Shown here: piece after piece, positions 11,115 through 21,160 of the stretch
How the letters are laid out: the number at the start of each line of letters is the position of its first letter
Numbering within the stretch: position 1 is the first letter of the stretch
Origin: Gammaproteobacteria bacterium
Lineage (GTDB): Bacteria > Pseudomonadota > Gammaproteobacteria > CAJXQU01
Direction: 5' to 3'
Assembly: GCA_965238175.1 (NCBI GenBank)
Contig: CBDEGZ010000003.1
Location: 352,001-416,000 of the forward strand
Length of the DNA stretch: 64,000 nt
The notes under the pieces: generated by a model
The model's input: only the letters and a program-made list of their open reading frames with translations
The model's database searches: none
What the model was told of the DNA's origin: nothing
Translations under genes and position numbers: made by a program

Positions 11115-11339
11115 TTAATATAAACCTTCTAGATCTAACTTTTTCAGTAGTTTTCTTTTAAACCCTAGTTGTTGTTGCAACTGGTAAATGCCCACTAGTG
11201 CATCTTCATCACCGGATGCTTGTTCCATATTTAGATGATCTTCAAGATCTACAATTTCTTCTACTAGGCCAAACCAAGCTTTATCAAATTCCATTTTATT
11301 AACAAAGCCACTTTCTATTCTTTTCTCAGATAGTTGCAT
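11115..11339 (-). CDS. Small hypothetical helical protein
   Basis: 74 aa ORF with GGAG RBS upstream, fills the intergenic gap. Confidence 0.5.
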   Translation of the reverse strand: MQLSEKRIESGFVNKMEFDKAWFGLVEEIVDLEDHLNMEQASGDEDALVGIYQLQQQLGFKRKLLKKLDLEGLY

Positions 11340-11518
11340 ATTTTAAATACTCCATTTAAATCTGATACAGATAATCGGATCAATGTATTAAGAGAAGGTG
11401 GCAATTTTATGATGTTTTCATGACAAGATTAATTTTAAAAGACTTAAATAGAAACTAAAACAAAATAAACTTTGGCCGATAACTCCTTCAGAAGCTAATA
11501 TTGCAGGGTCTAAACACA

Positions 11519-12895
11519 ATGAGTGAAGTAGAACTCGAAGAAAATTGGAAAGATAAATATTTTAAACTGTTACTCGATCAGGAAGATGCAGAAAAAGAAA
11601 ATGCAGAACGTAGTTCAGCGGTTTATAAAGAATTGCTGCGTTCATTTAATCATTTTCATGGCCGAGATGAACTACTTGATAAAGCCATCGTTGGTCTTCC
11701 AAAAGAAATAGAATCGGGGAGTTTCTCCATTGATGTCCTGAAAGATCTTAATCGCCAGATTGCGAATATTGATAATATTATTGATGGCCAAACTGAAACA
11801 AACGATCAAAATCCAGCTGACACGGCAGAAGATATTGATAGTTTCGCAATTGCAAAAGATTCCCTTGAATATTTAATCGAACAACTCCCGAGCGATGTAT
11901 TAAACAGACTTATTTCTGAAGAGAAAAATCTTGATTTAAGCACTGTTGCGGATGTGAACACATTACGTTCCGTTATAGACGAAGTAAAAAATGCACTTAT
12001 CAGTGTGATAAGTGAGCGTAATAAGAATATTAAACAACTCTCAACTTTTTTAAATGGTGTCGCAAAACGTTTGGATGGAATCAAATCTCATTTAAAAGAA
12101 GAAAAAGATGATCGAAAATCAAGTTCTGATGGTCGCGATGATTTAAGTAGGTTAGTGAGTGATAATCTCAAAGGGATCCGCGATTCTGTAAACAGTGCAG
12201 ATGATCTGGAAGTCTTACAACAAGAGATAGAATCGCGTATCAACGAAATTGACAGTAACGTGACAAACTATGTTGAAGCTGAAACAAATCGGCAAAAAAT
12301 GGCAGGACAATCCTCGGCGGAGCTTGAAAAACAAGTTCAGAAATTGCAAACACAAACTACACAGCTTCAAAATTCCCTGGATGCTGCACGTGCAGAAGCG
12401 ATTATCGATCCTCTTACTGGGGTATCAAATCGTCGCGCATATGATGAACGCTTTCAAGTTGAATATTCACGTTGGAAGAGAACTCATGAACCGTTGACGT
12501 TAGCAATCATTGATATTGATCATTTTAAGAGAATCAATGATACGCATGGACATCCTATTGGCGATAAAGTTTTAAAAGTAGTTGCGGGTCGTATCCAGCA
12601 ACAGGTACGTGAAAGTGATTTCTTTGGTCGTATTGGAGGTGAGGAATTTGCATTTCTTTTAGTAAATAGCAATATAAAAGATGCCAAAGAAAAAATTGAA
12701 ACACTGCGCGAAAGTGTCGAAGAGTGTAACTTTAGAGTCAAGAAAAATAAATTTCAGGTAACAATTTCTATTGGCGTTGCAACCTTTGCAAGTAAGGATA
12801 CAATAGAAACTGCATACCAACGAGCCGATTTTGCGTTACTCAAAGCGAAAGAAACAGGGCGTAATAAATGTATGACGGAACTCGATCTCAAATAA
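11519..12895 (+). CDS. Cytoplasmic coiled-coil diguanylate cyclase
   Basis: DPLTGVSNRR, DIDHFKRINDTHGHPIGD, RESD I-site, GGEEF; start placed at MSEVEL. Confidence 0.93.
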   Translation: MSEVELEENWKDKYFKLLLDQEDAEKENAERSSAVYKELLRSFNHFHGRDELLDKAIVGLPKEIESGSFSIDVLKDLNRQIANIDNIIDGQTETNDQNPADTAEDIDSFAIAKDSLEYLIEQLPSDVLNRLISEEKNLDLSTVADVNTLRSVIDEVKNALISVISERNKNIKQLSTFLNGVAKRLDGIKSHLKEEKDDRKSSSDGRDDLSRLVSDNLKGIRDSVNSADDLEVLQQEIESRINEIDSNVTNYVEAETNRQKMAGQSSAELEKQVQKLQTQTTQLQNSLDAARAEAIIDPLTGVSNRRAYDERFQVEYSRWKRTHEPLTLAIIDIDHFKRINDTHGHPIGDKVLKVVAGRIQQQVRESDFFGRIGGEEFAFLLVNSNIKDAKEKIETLRESVEECNFRVKKNKFQVTISIGVATFASKDTIETAYQRADFALLKAKETGRNKCMTELDLK

Positions 12896-12944
12896 AAAAA
12901 CCTGATCAAAATTAAATCACAGGCGTGGTATCCTTCCGTTCCTG

Positions 12945-14813
12945 ATGGCATTACTCCAACTTAAATCTATACACCTTGGTTTTGGACTTCCAGCATTATT
13001 AGAATCGATCGATTTTTCAATTGAATCGGGAGAGCGCGTCGCACTCGTTGGCCGAAATGGAACGGGTAAATCAACTCTTTTAAAAATCATTGATGATCAG
13101 GTTAAAGCTGACAGTGGTGAAATAGTTCGTCAATCGAATCTACGCGTTACTCGTTTGGAGCAAGAGGTTCCACGAAAGCTTCAAGGCTCTGTTTACGATG
13201 TTGTCTCAGAGGGACTGGGCGATTTGGGTAATACGATCGCTGAATATCACCATATCATCCATGCATTGGACGAGCCGGGCAACATGGATAAGATGGCCAA
13301 ACTGCAAACTAAGATAGAACAAGCAGATGGCTGGGAAATGGAGCAGCGGATCAACCAAATTATTAATCGTTTAAACCTGCCTGAAGATACAAATTTCGAA
13401 TCACTTTCTGGCGGACTGAAACGCCGTGTTCTGTTGGCTAGAGCGTTAGTAAATGATCCGCAACTTTTATTGCTTGATGAGCCAAGTAACCATCTGGACA
13501 TTGAAGCTATCCAATGGCTGGAAGAGTTTTTGTTATCCGCAAATATAACACTGATTTTTATCACTCATGATCGGGCATTTCTAAAACGGTTAGCGACACG
13601 CATTGCCGAAATTGATCGTGGTCAATTAAATAATTGGCCAGGTAATTACGATACTTATCTAAAAAGAAAACAAGCGGCACTTGAAGAAGAAGAAAAACAA
13701 AATGCGCTTTTTGATAAACGCCTGGCGCAAGAAGAAGTCTGGATCCGACAAGGTATTAAAGCGCGCCGTACACGCAATGAAGGCCGCGTTCGTGCGTTAA
13801 AAAAATTGCGTGTTGAGCGAGCAGAACGCCGACAAAAAATAGGCACAGCAAAAATGCAAATTCAGGATGCAGAGAAATCTGGGAAAATAGTTATAGAAGC
13901 GGACAATATTTCCTATGCATATGATAAAAATAACATTATAGAAAACTTCAGCACGACAATTATGCGCGGCGATAAAATTGGTATTATTGGGGCAAACGGT
14001 GCCGGTAAATCGACGCTGATTAATTTGCTACTCGGACGTCTACAACCAGATTCAGGAAATATAAGACAAGGTACCAATCTTGAAGTCGCATTTTTTGATC
14101 AATTGCGTACAGAGCTAAAACCCAATCTCACAGCGCAAGAAAATGTTTCTGGTGGGTCAGATCAGATCGTGGTTGATGGTCGATCTAAACATGTGATCAG
14201 CTATTTACAAGATTTTCTTTTTGCGCCTGAACGTGCGCGTTTACCGATTACAAAATTATCCGGTGGTGAACGTAACCGATTACTATTGGCAAAATTATTT
14301 GCTACACCATCAAATGTATTGGTGATGGATGAGCCGACCAATGATCTGGATATTGAAACGCTGGAGCTGTTAGAAGAACTGGTAATGAATTACCAAGGGA
14401 CGTTACTACTCGTGAGTCATGATCGAGATTTTATCGATAATGTTGTGAGCAGCACTTTGGTATTTGAAAATGATCAACTGAATGAATATGTCGGCGGCTA
14501 TGATGATTGGTTGCGACAACGACCTTCAGAAGAAAAGGTCAAAAAGTCAGATAAAAAAAATCAGCCCAGAAAAGATAGCGACAAAAAAGAGACTAAAAAA
14601 CGAAGCTACAAAGATCAACAAGAGTTAGATAAATTACCTAAGATAATTGAAGATCTAGAAAATGAACAACAATCCTTGCATGATGAAATGGGCGATCCCT
14701 CTTTTTTCAAGCAAGATCAAAAATTAATTGATCGAAAGAATGCTTCCTTGGCCAAGATTGAAGAAAAGCTAACGGAAGCTTATCAACGTTGGGAAGTATT
14801 AGAAAATCTTTGA
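12945..14813 (+). CDS. uup: ABC-F family ATPase Uup
   Basis: Two ABC cassettes (GRNGTGKS/LSGG/DEPSNHLD; GANGAGKS/LSGGE/DEPTNDLD), linker EEVWIRQGIKARRTRNEGRVRAL, C-terminal coiled coil. Confidence 0.95.
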   Translation: MALLQLKSIHLGFGLPALLESIDFSIESGERVALVGRNGTGKSTLLKIIDDQVKADSGEIVRQSNLRVTRLEQEVPRKLQGSVYDVVSEGLGDLGNTIAEYHHIIHALDEPGNMDKMAKLQTKIEQADGWEMEQRINQIINRLNLPEDTNFESLSGGLKRRVLLARALVNDPQLLLLDEPSNHLDIEAIQWLEEFLLSANITLIFITHDRAFLKRLATRIAEIDRGQLNNWPGNYDTYLKRKQAALEEEEKQNALFDKRLAQEEVWIRQGIKARRTRNEGRVRALKKLRVERAERRQKIGTAKMQIQDAEKSGKIVIEADNISYAYDKNNIIENFSTTIMRGDKIGIIGANGAGKSTLINLLLGRLQPDSGNIRQGTNLEVAFFDQLRTELKPNLTAQENVSGGSDQIVVDGRSKHVISYLQDFLFAPERARLPITKLSGGERNRLLLAKLFATPSNVLVMDEPTNDLDIETLELLEELVMNYQGTLLLVSHDRDFIDNVVSSTLVFENDQLNEYVGGYDDWLRQRPSEEKVKKSDKKNQPRKDSDKKETKKRSYKDQQELDKLPKIIEDLENEQQSLHDEMGDPSFFKQDQKLIDRKNASLAKIEEKLTEAYQRWEVLENL

Positions 14814-14814
14814 A

Positions 14815-14985
14815 ATACCCAACCACTTGAAAATGCAGATATCAGCACAGCGGGTGAAGCTATCGACCTTGCTGGACTGCGTTGTGTCCCTTGGAAAGGG
14901 AACAACCACCCTTTCCTGCAAGCCACGCCTTACCAGCAAGACCGATGGTTTCACTGAAAACTGCATTTCCAAGTGGTTTGGGTAT
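14815..14985. mobile_element. ERIC-like miniature inverted-repeat element (copy A)
   Basis: Terminal IR ATACCC-AACCACTTGAAAATGCAG ... CTGCATTTCCAAGTGGTTTGGGTAT; inner IR GTGAAGCTATCGACCTTGCTGG ... CCAGCAAGACCGATGGTTTCAC. Confidence 0.75.
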
Positions 14986-14996
14986 ACCATATTGTC

Positions 14997-15527
14997 ATGC
15001 TAAGACAATTACTTATTACATCATTATTAGTTAGTGCTCACTTTTCTGCAAAGGCTGAAGAAAAGATTGTTTTCCATTTGCCGAAATGGGAGATAAATTC
15101 AGAAGAAAAAACAGATCAAGAAGTGATTGTTTCTTATAAGCCACTTAGACCGATTTCTTCAGAAATTGAAGATCGTGTTATTTTTAAGACACTCGTTGGT
15201 AAAACAGACAGTGCTGCACAAGCATGGCTAGAAAAATTACGTGAAACTCGCGAAGCTGAATGTGATTATTTCAACGTGATTGAAATCCCGGTTAAAGGTG
15301 CTGATCCGGCTCCAGCTGTTGGACAAGTACTTTATTGCGGACAAGAGAAAACCTCCGGCAATGGCGTTATCAGTATGCACCGTGTAACAGAAGGCAAAGA
15401 AAATCTTTACGTGATCGAACGTCGTTGGACAACCTATCCTTTTGATCATCCAGAAACTGCTTTTGTAGTACGCGAAGAACTAATGCCATGGATCCGACAA
15501 ATGACACAGGCATACCTAACTGAGTAA
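14997..15527 (+). CDS. Secreted hypothetical protein
   Basis: MLRQLLITSLLVSAHFSAKA signal peptide; the longer GTG start of the ORF track lies inside the repeat element. Confidence 0.7.
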   Translation: MLRQLLITSLLVSAHFSAKAEEKIVFHLPKWEINSEEKTDQEVIVSYKPLRPISSEIEDRVIFKTLVGKTDSAAQAWLEKLRETREAECDYFNVIEIPVKGADPAPAVGQVLYCGQEKTSGNGVISMHRVTEGKENLYVIERRWTTYPFDHPETAFVVREELMPWIRQMTQAYLTE

Positions 15528-15609
15528 GACTTTCATTTGTACACAGGGTAAGATCGCACTTCCATTTCTGATTATATAATTCCCGGCAATAGGCCGTATC
15601 AATAATTTC

Positions 15610-16941
15610 ATGGCATCAATCACACCACAAATTGGTTTCGTCAGCCTGGGTTGTCCCAAAGCGCTGGTCGATTCAGAACGTATTCTTAGTAAACTTCGCG
15701 CTGAAGGTTATGGCCTTTCAGCCAATTATGAAAATGCGGATTTAGTCGTCGTCAACACCTGCGGATTTATTGATTCTGCAGTTGAGGAATCCCTTGATGC
15801 GATTGGTGAAGCAATGAATGAAAATGGTCAGGTAATCGTCACAGGCTGCTTGGGTAAAGATTCACAAAAAATTCTGAATGCCTATCCTGACGTGCTTGCT
15901 GTTTCTGGTGCACATGCTTATGAGGAAGTGATCGGATCGGTACATGCTCATTTGCCACCACCACACGATCCACATATCAGTTTAGTCCCTCCCGAAGGAA
16001 TAAAATTAACACCGCGACACTATGCATATCTTAAAATTTCAGAAGGTTGTAATCACCGTTGTTCTTTCTGCATCATCCCTTCTATGCGTGGCAATTTAGT
16101 GAGTCGGCCGATAGGCGATGTGATGCGTGAAGCTGAAAAACTGGTTGCGGCCGGTGTTAAAGAATTACTGATAATTTCGCAAGACACCAGTGCTTACGGT
16201 GTCGATATAAAATACAAAGAAGATAATTGGAGCGGAAAATCCTATCGGACGCATATACAAGATTTATCAGAAGCTTTGGGTGAACTCGGTGTTTGGGTAC
16301 GTATGCATTACATCTATCCTTATCCGCATGTGGATAAATTGATACCCTTGATGGCCGAAGAAAAAATCTTGCCGTATCTAGATATTCCTATGCAACATGG
16401 TAGCCCAAAAATCCTCAAGGCCATGCGCCGTCCTGCTGCTGCAGAAAAAGTCCTGGATCGGATCAAACATTGGCGAGCAATTCGTCCAGACATTACTATT
16501 CGAAGCACGTTCATTGTCGGTTTTCCTGGTGAGACAGAAACAGAATTTGAAGAATTGCTCGATTTTATCCGTGAGGCAAAACTCAATCGTGTTGGTTGCT
16601 TCGCATACTCTCCCGTAGAGGGTGCAAAAGCCAATGAATTAGCTGGACATGTCTCCGAAGAAGAAAAGCAGGAGCGTCTAGAACGATTCATGGAAGCACA
16701 ACAATTGATCAGCGAGAAATTATTAGAAGAAAAAATTGGTCAAGTAATGACGGTACTAGTCGATACAGTAGAAGATGGAAACACGTTAACAAGAAGTGTG
16801 GCCGACGCTCCTGAGATAGATGGGCTGGTAATTATCGAGAATGAACAGCTGCCCGTTGGTGAATTTATCGAAGTCAAGATCACTGATTCAGGAGAATATG
16901 ATCTATGGGGCAAGGTTGTTAGGTCAAGGCTACTTGACTAA
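15610..16941 (+). CDS. rimO: Ribosomal protein S12 methylthiotransferase
   Basis: [19 protein letters not shown], radical [12 protein letters not shown]-terminal TRAM (APEIDG). Confidence 0.97.
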   Translation: MASITPQIGFVSLGCPKALVDSERILSKLRAEGYGLSANYENADLVVVNTCGFIDSAVEESLDAIGEAMNENGQVIVTGCLGKDSQKILNAYPDVLAVSGAHAYEEVIGSVHAHLPPPHDPHISLVPPEGIKLTPRHYAYLKISEGCNHRCSFCIIPSMRGNLVSRPIGDVMREAEKLVAAGVKELLIISQDTSAYGVDIKYKEDNWSGKSYRTHIQDLSEALGELGVWVRMHYIYPYPHVDKLIPLMAEEKILPYLDIPMQHGSPKILKAMRRPAAAEKVLDRIKHWRAIRPDITIRSTFIVGFPGETETEFEELLDFIREAKLNRVGCFAYSPVEGAKANELAGHVSEEEKQERLERFMEAQQLISEKLLEEKIGQVMTVLVDTVEDGNTLTRSVADAPEIDGLVIIENEQLPVGEFIEVKITDSGEYDLWGKVVRSRLLD

Positions 16942-17012
16942 TAACAAACACTATTTTCAGTCATAACCATGTTTTAAAGAGTAAGGGACTAATTCCCTAT
17001 GAGGAAGAATTT

Positions 17013-17348
17013 ATGAAATCACTATTATTATTTGTTTTGACAGTCACATTTAGTACTTTTGCGAATGCAGTACCACACCTTTTGAATGAAATATTGGCTT
17101 CTAAATCTTCCGCGGAAAGAGCCGAAATATTTCTGACACTGATAAAACGTAACGCCAAAAGTTGTGGAAAAGTGGATAAAACGTTACTGCAAGGTTACAC
17201 CCAAGAAAATGATGCATATTGGAGTGTGGCTTGTAACAATGGTTCATCCTATTCCGTATTGATATCAGCAGAACCGGTATCACCTATTGTTTTAAATTGT
17301 AAGAATAAGAATCTGAAAGTTGAATGCTTTGAGACCTTCGAGAACTAA
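17013..17348 (+). CDS. Small secreted protein with four Cys
   Basis: Signal peptide ending FANA, GAGG RBS, Cys pattern C..WSVAC..C..CF. Confidence 0.7.
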   Translation: MKSLLLFVLTVTFSTFANAVPHLLNEILASKSSAERAEIFLTLIKRNAKSCGKVDKTLLQGYTQENDAYWSVACNNGSSYSVLISAEPVSPIVLNCKNKNLKVECFETFEN

Positions 17349-17487
17349 TTGTTAAAGATCAATTTAGATAATATGGCTTTTCACACACACATCGAAAAGC
17401 ATTGGTGTCTGTTCTTGTTATTTTCGTAGCATTAGAGCGACGTTTATCTTATAAAGGATTGGTAACCATTCCTGCTTAAATGAGTAA

Positions 17488-18033
17488 TCAAGGCAATCTA
17501 ACAATAATTTCTTCTATTGGTTTTCTTTGTGAATTGGGTATATCTGCCGGGTAGCCATACCAGATTAAACCGACGACTGTTTCCACATCAGGATCGACCC
17601 AAATAAAATCATAAAATTTATGATCACGCGTTACATCACCTGTGGTCCATTTTATGCCAATACCTTTATTCCAAAGATATAAAGAAAGATTTTGTATCGC
17701 ACAAGCGCAGGCGGCATAGTCTTCTTGATGCTGTAATTGATCGTCAGAATTAGTCATAGTAACAACTAACCAACCTGGCACCTTAGACCATTTCTTAAGC
17801 TTTTCCTTTGCAGCTTCAGATCCTTTTTTCTCTTTGACAATGTTTGCATTCAATTCAGCGACAGCCTGTCTGGTTTCCTCGCCTAAGAGATAAAACCGCC
17901 AAGGCTCAGTAAGACGATGGTTTGGAGCCCAACTTGCCATTTTGATGGCTTTTTGGATTATTCTTTCTGGTGGAATTTCTGATTTGAAAGAATTGATTGA
18001 TCGCCTGGATTTAATAACTTTTTCAATATTCAT
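17488..18033 (-). CDS. Nitroreductase family protein
   Basis: IKSRRSI, WAPNHRLTEPWRF, ACACAIQNLSL, GIGIKWTTG, YGYP; start placed at MNIEKV. Confidence 0.9.
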   Translation of the reverse strand: MNIEKVIKSRRSINSFKSEIPPERIIQKAIKMASWAPNHRLTEPWRFYLLGEETRQAVAELNANIVKEKKGSEAAKEKLKKWSKVPGWLVVTMTNSDDQLQHQEDYAACACAIQNLSLYLWNKGIGIKWTTGDVTRDHKFYDFIWVDPDVETVVGLIWYGYPADIPNSQRKPIEEIIVRLP

Positions 18034-18043
18034 TATTAGTTTA

Positions 18044-18355
18044 TTAAAGACTTGGCCGAGAACAATTACACTGCCAACATTCGGTGAACTGGCTTTCAAT
18101 CCATTCGCCACAACCACACTGCCATTCACGTTGCCATTTATCAGGCTGTAATACCTTTTCAATAAATGATTTTGCAAGTCGTTCCTCGTTGTCGTCTAAT
18201 ACCCAAATTTCCGGCCAGGCTTCGTGTGAAGGAATTTCACCAACAGCGCCTTGCAGCATCTCATTTTTGATCAGGCAATTTATTTTTTGATCTTGTAATA
18301 AGCTATGAAGATAACCGATCATAATGTTGTCACTGGAAGTGTAAACCTTTTTCAT
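18044..18355 (-). CDS. DUF2007-type protein with C-terminal zinc ribbon
   Basis: KNEMLQGAVGEIP..EAWPEIWV; WQCGCGE....QFTECWQC. Confidence 0.85.
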   Translation of the reverse strand: MKKVYTSSDNIMIGYLHSLLQDQKINCLIKNEMLQGAVGEIPSHEAWPEIWVLDDNEERLAKSFIEKVLQPDKWQREWQCGCGEWIESQFTECWQCNCSRPSL

Positions 18356-18373
18356 AGACTGACATTAACATAT

Positions 18374-18675
18374 ATATCCGTGATACTTGGAAATGCGTAT
18401 TTTAGACGGACTCCAAGGGTGGAATCGGTACGAGTGTAGGATGCACGAAGGTAGACAACGCAGGAACTGTTGTCGAGAGCGATGCAAAAAGCCAGGGCGA
18501 GTGTATCCATTTTTATTTATGTCCATGGACGGGACGGTAGTAGGGCAATGCAGGAGCAATTGCCGACAGGTCGAGGCGCGACAGTGTGCATGGCCGCTCC
18601 CTGCAAAGAGAAACAACGCTGCCATAAATGAAAAGGGACGTGCTATAAATAGGCATTTCCAAGCATCACGGGTAT
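18374..18675. mobile_element. ERIC-like miniature inverted-repeat element (copy B, about 300 bp, with nested modules)
   Basis: Terminal IR ATATCCGTGATACTTGGAAATGCGTATTT ... AAATAGGCATTTCCAAGCATCACGGGTAT; shares the CTTG(G/A)AAATGC core with copy A. Confidence 0.75.
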
Positions 18676-18856
18676 GGACATCTCGCTATAAAATTGAACA
18701 TAAAAAGCGGTTATTTTTTCATCTGACTTCGTTGTTTAATTTAGTAATGGTTTTGAAAATTATCCACACTAAACTCATCACCTGCTAAAAATATCTTACT
18801 TTATAATTATTTAATTTTATAGAGATAATGTATATTTCAACACATAAGTTTAGAAA

Positions 18857-19915
18857 CTAAGCGAAGTTTACTTGAGCTTCGAAGTTAGTTCGCGAGTCGG
18901 CATTGCCCATTGCTTCTTCAAGATCAATTCGATCGTTAATATAGAGTTCATACAAGGCTCGATCAAACGTTTGCATACCGTTGATACCACTGTCATGCAT
19001 GGCTTCTTTAATTTGATCGAGATCACCTTTGAGTATCAAATCTGCAATATGTGGATTATTAATCAGAATTTCTACGGCAGGAAGACGTTTTGTGTCAGTA
19101 CCGGTTACGAGTCGTTGAGAAAGTACCGCTCGTAGGTTGGTCGATAAATCCATCAATAATTGCTTGTGGTGATCATTTGGGAAAAGATTGATCACTCGTT
19201 CAATTGCCTGATTAGCGTTATTTGCATGCATAGTACTAATACAAAGGTGACCGGTATTACATAGCTCCAATGCAGCGGCCATCGTTTCCCGATCACGTAT
19301 TTCACCAATCATAATAACATCTGGTGATTCACGCATCGCACTTCGCAATGCTGCGTTATATGAATGGGTATCCATACCGATTTCACGCTGGTTGATTATA
19401 CATTTGGCATTGGGATGCGAATATTCAATTGGATCTTCAATGGTAAGAATATGCCCTGGCGCAGCATGATTGCGATAGGCAAGCATAGAAGCCAACGTTG
19501 TCGATTTACCAGAACCTGTAGAGCCAACCATAAGGATTAGCCCACGTTTGTTCATAATTAATCGTTTCATGATGGGTGGTAAGCCAAGTTCTTCGATAGC
19601 AGGAATTTCATTCGCGATAAGTCGTAAGACCATGCCTAGAGTGCCTCGTTGACGAAAAACATTCACCCGGAAACGTGCGTTCTCTTCTTCCAGATCGATA
19701 GAAAAATCAACCTCCAGATCCTCTTTTAATTGTGCTCGTTGACTATCAAACATAATGCCATAGACAGCCGCTTCTATCTGTTGTGTCGTAAGAATCATTT
19801 TTCCTACAGACATAATGACACCTTCTACTTTCATTTTGACAGGTGCTTCACCAGTGAAAAAAAGATCAGATCCTTTTTTCTGGATCAATAATTTTAGAAA
19901 GGGAGTGATATCCAT
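18857..19915 (-). CDS. PilT/PilU-family retraction ATPase (second PilU-like paralog)
   Basis: GSDLF, RFRVNVF, GSTGSGKST, TIEDPIE, QREIG, IGEIRD, TGHL, HANNANQ, GMQTFD. Confidence 0.92.
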   Translation of the reverse strand: MDITPFLKLLIQKKGSDLFFTGEAPVKMKVEGVIMSVGKMILTTQQIEAAVYGIMFDSQRAQLKEDLEVDFSIDLEEENARFRVNVFRQRGTLGMVLRLIANEIPAIEELGLPPIMKRLIMNKRGLILMVGSTGSGKSTTLASMLAYRNHAAPGHILTIEDPIEYSHPNAKCIINQREIGMDTHSYNAALRSAMRESPDVIMIGEIRDRETMAAALELCNTGHLCISTMHANNANQAIERVINLFPNDHHKQLLMDLSTNLRAVLSQRLVTGTDTKRLPAVEILINNPHIADLILKGDLDQIKEAMHDSGINGMQTFDRALYELYINDRIDLEEAMGNADSRTNFEAQVNFA

Positions 19916-19951
19916 ATCGTTTAAATTGAGCTTTAATTGTCGTTATGTTTT

Positions 19952-21118
19952 TTAATAGATCATACCGGTAGGGTCTTCTGTTGCGACCAGTTCGATTTTG
20001 TCGAGTCCATCGAATTTGTCAGAATCTTTATTTTCTTTACCTTCTAACTTAATCCGTAAGCGCAGTTCATTCATCGAGTCTGCATTTCTGAGGGCATCTT
20101 CGTAAGTAATCAAACCGTCTTCATAAAGATCAAATAAAGCTTGGTCAAATGTTTTCATACCGAGTTCATTGGATTTGCTCATGATTTCTTTAATCTGATG
20201 AGTTTCACCCTTGAGTAATAAATCAGAAACCAAAGGAGAGTTAAGCATTAGCTCTATGGCTGCAACTCGACCTTTTCCAACAGCTTTCTTTAGTAAGCGT
20301 TGTGAAATGACCCCTCTTAGGTTGAGCGACAAGTCCATCAACAGTTGTTGACGTCGTTCCTCTGGAAAGAAGTTAACAATTCTGTCCATCGCCTGGTTTG
20401 CATTATTTGCATGTAATGTCGCAATAGCTAAATGACCTGTTTCTGCAAACTGAAGTGCCATCTCCATTGTTTCACGATCACGTATTTCTCCCAAAGAAAT
20501 AACATCGGGTGCTTGCCTTAAGGTGTTTTTTAGCGCAACTTGCCAGTCCTCAGTATCCATACCCACTTCACGCTGCATAATGATACATCCTTTGTGTGGG
20601 TGCACATATTCAATAGGATCTTCAACAGTAATTATATGACCTTGCGTCTTTTCATTTCGGTGATTGATCATTGCCGCCAAAGATGTCGATTTACCACTTC
20701 CAGTGCCACCAACTATCACTACCAGTCCACGTTTTGTGAGCGATACTTCTTGCAATACTTCAGGTAAACCAAGCTGTTCGAGCGTCGGCACTTCCGTTTC
20801 GATTTTCCGTAATATCATACCTACATAGCTGGATTGAACATGTGCGTTAGCTCGAAATCGGCCAATCCCTTTTGGTGAAATGGCAAAGTTACATTCTTTG
20901 GTAGCTTCAAATTCCTTGATATTGCGATCTTTCATAATCGCATAGGCCAGTGCTCTGGTATTATCTGATGTAAGGGCGGTTTTGGAAATTGGCGTAATAT
21001 TTCCATCGACTTTAATAGCAGGTGGAAATCCTACAGAAATAAATAAATCTGATCCCTTTTTATCCGCCATCATCTGCAGGAGATCCCGCATGTAGCTAAT
21101 CGCTTGTTCTCGTTCCAT
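19952..21118 (-). CDS. pilU: Twitching motility ATPase PilU
   Basis: GSDLFISVGFPP, GGTGSGKSTSLA, LKNTLRQAPDV, HANNANQAMDRI, NADSMNELRL; directly after pilT. Confidence 0.93.
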   Translation of the reverse strand: MEREQAISYMRDLLQMMADKKGSDLFISVGFPPAIKVDGNITPISKTALTSDNTRALAYAIMKDRNIKEFEATKECNFAISPKGIGRFRANAHVQSSYVGMILRKIETEVPTLEQLGLPEVLQEVSLTKRGLVVIVGGTGSGKSTSLAAMINHRNEKTQGHIITVEDPIEYVHPHKGCIIMQREVGMDTEDWQVALKNTLRQAPDVISLGEIRDRETMEMALQFAETGHLAIATLHANNANQAMDRIVNFFPEERRQQLLMDLSLNLRGVISQRLLKKAVGKGRVAAIELMLNSPLVSDLLLKGETHQIKEIMSKSNELGMKTFDQALFDLYEDGLITYEDALRNADSMNELRLRIKLEGKENKDSDKFDGLDKIELVATEDPTGMIY

Positions 21119-21160
21119 GAATCCTTCTCTCTTTCAAACTTGTAATAAGTTATCGACAGA

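Noticed and set aside
14799-14990. 63-aa minus-strand ORF, and the GTG extension of the 14973 ORF
   Set aside because: Both lie within the palindromic element; the signal peptide starts at ATG 14997
18365-18788. ORFs 18387..18788 (+) and 18365..18625 (-)
   Set aside because: Cys/Arg-rich translations of the inverted-repeat element with no protein-like features
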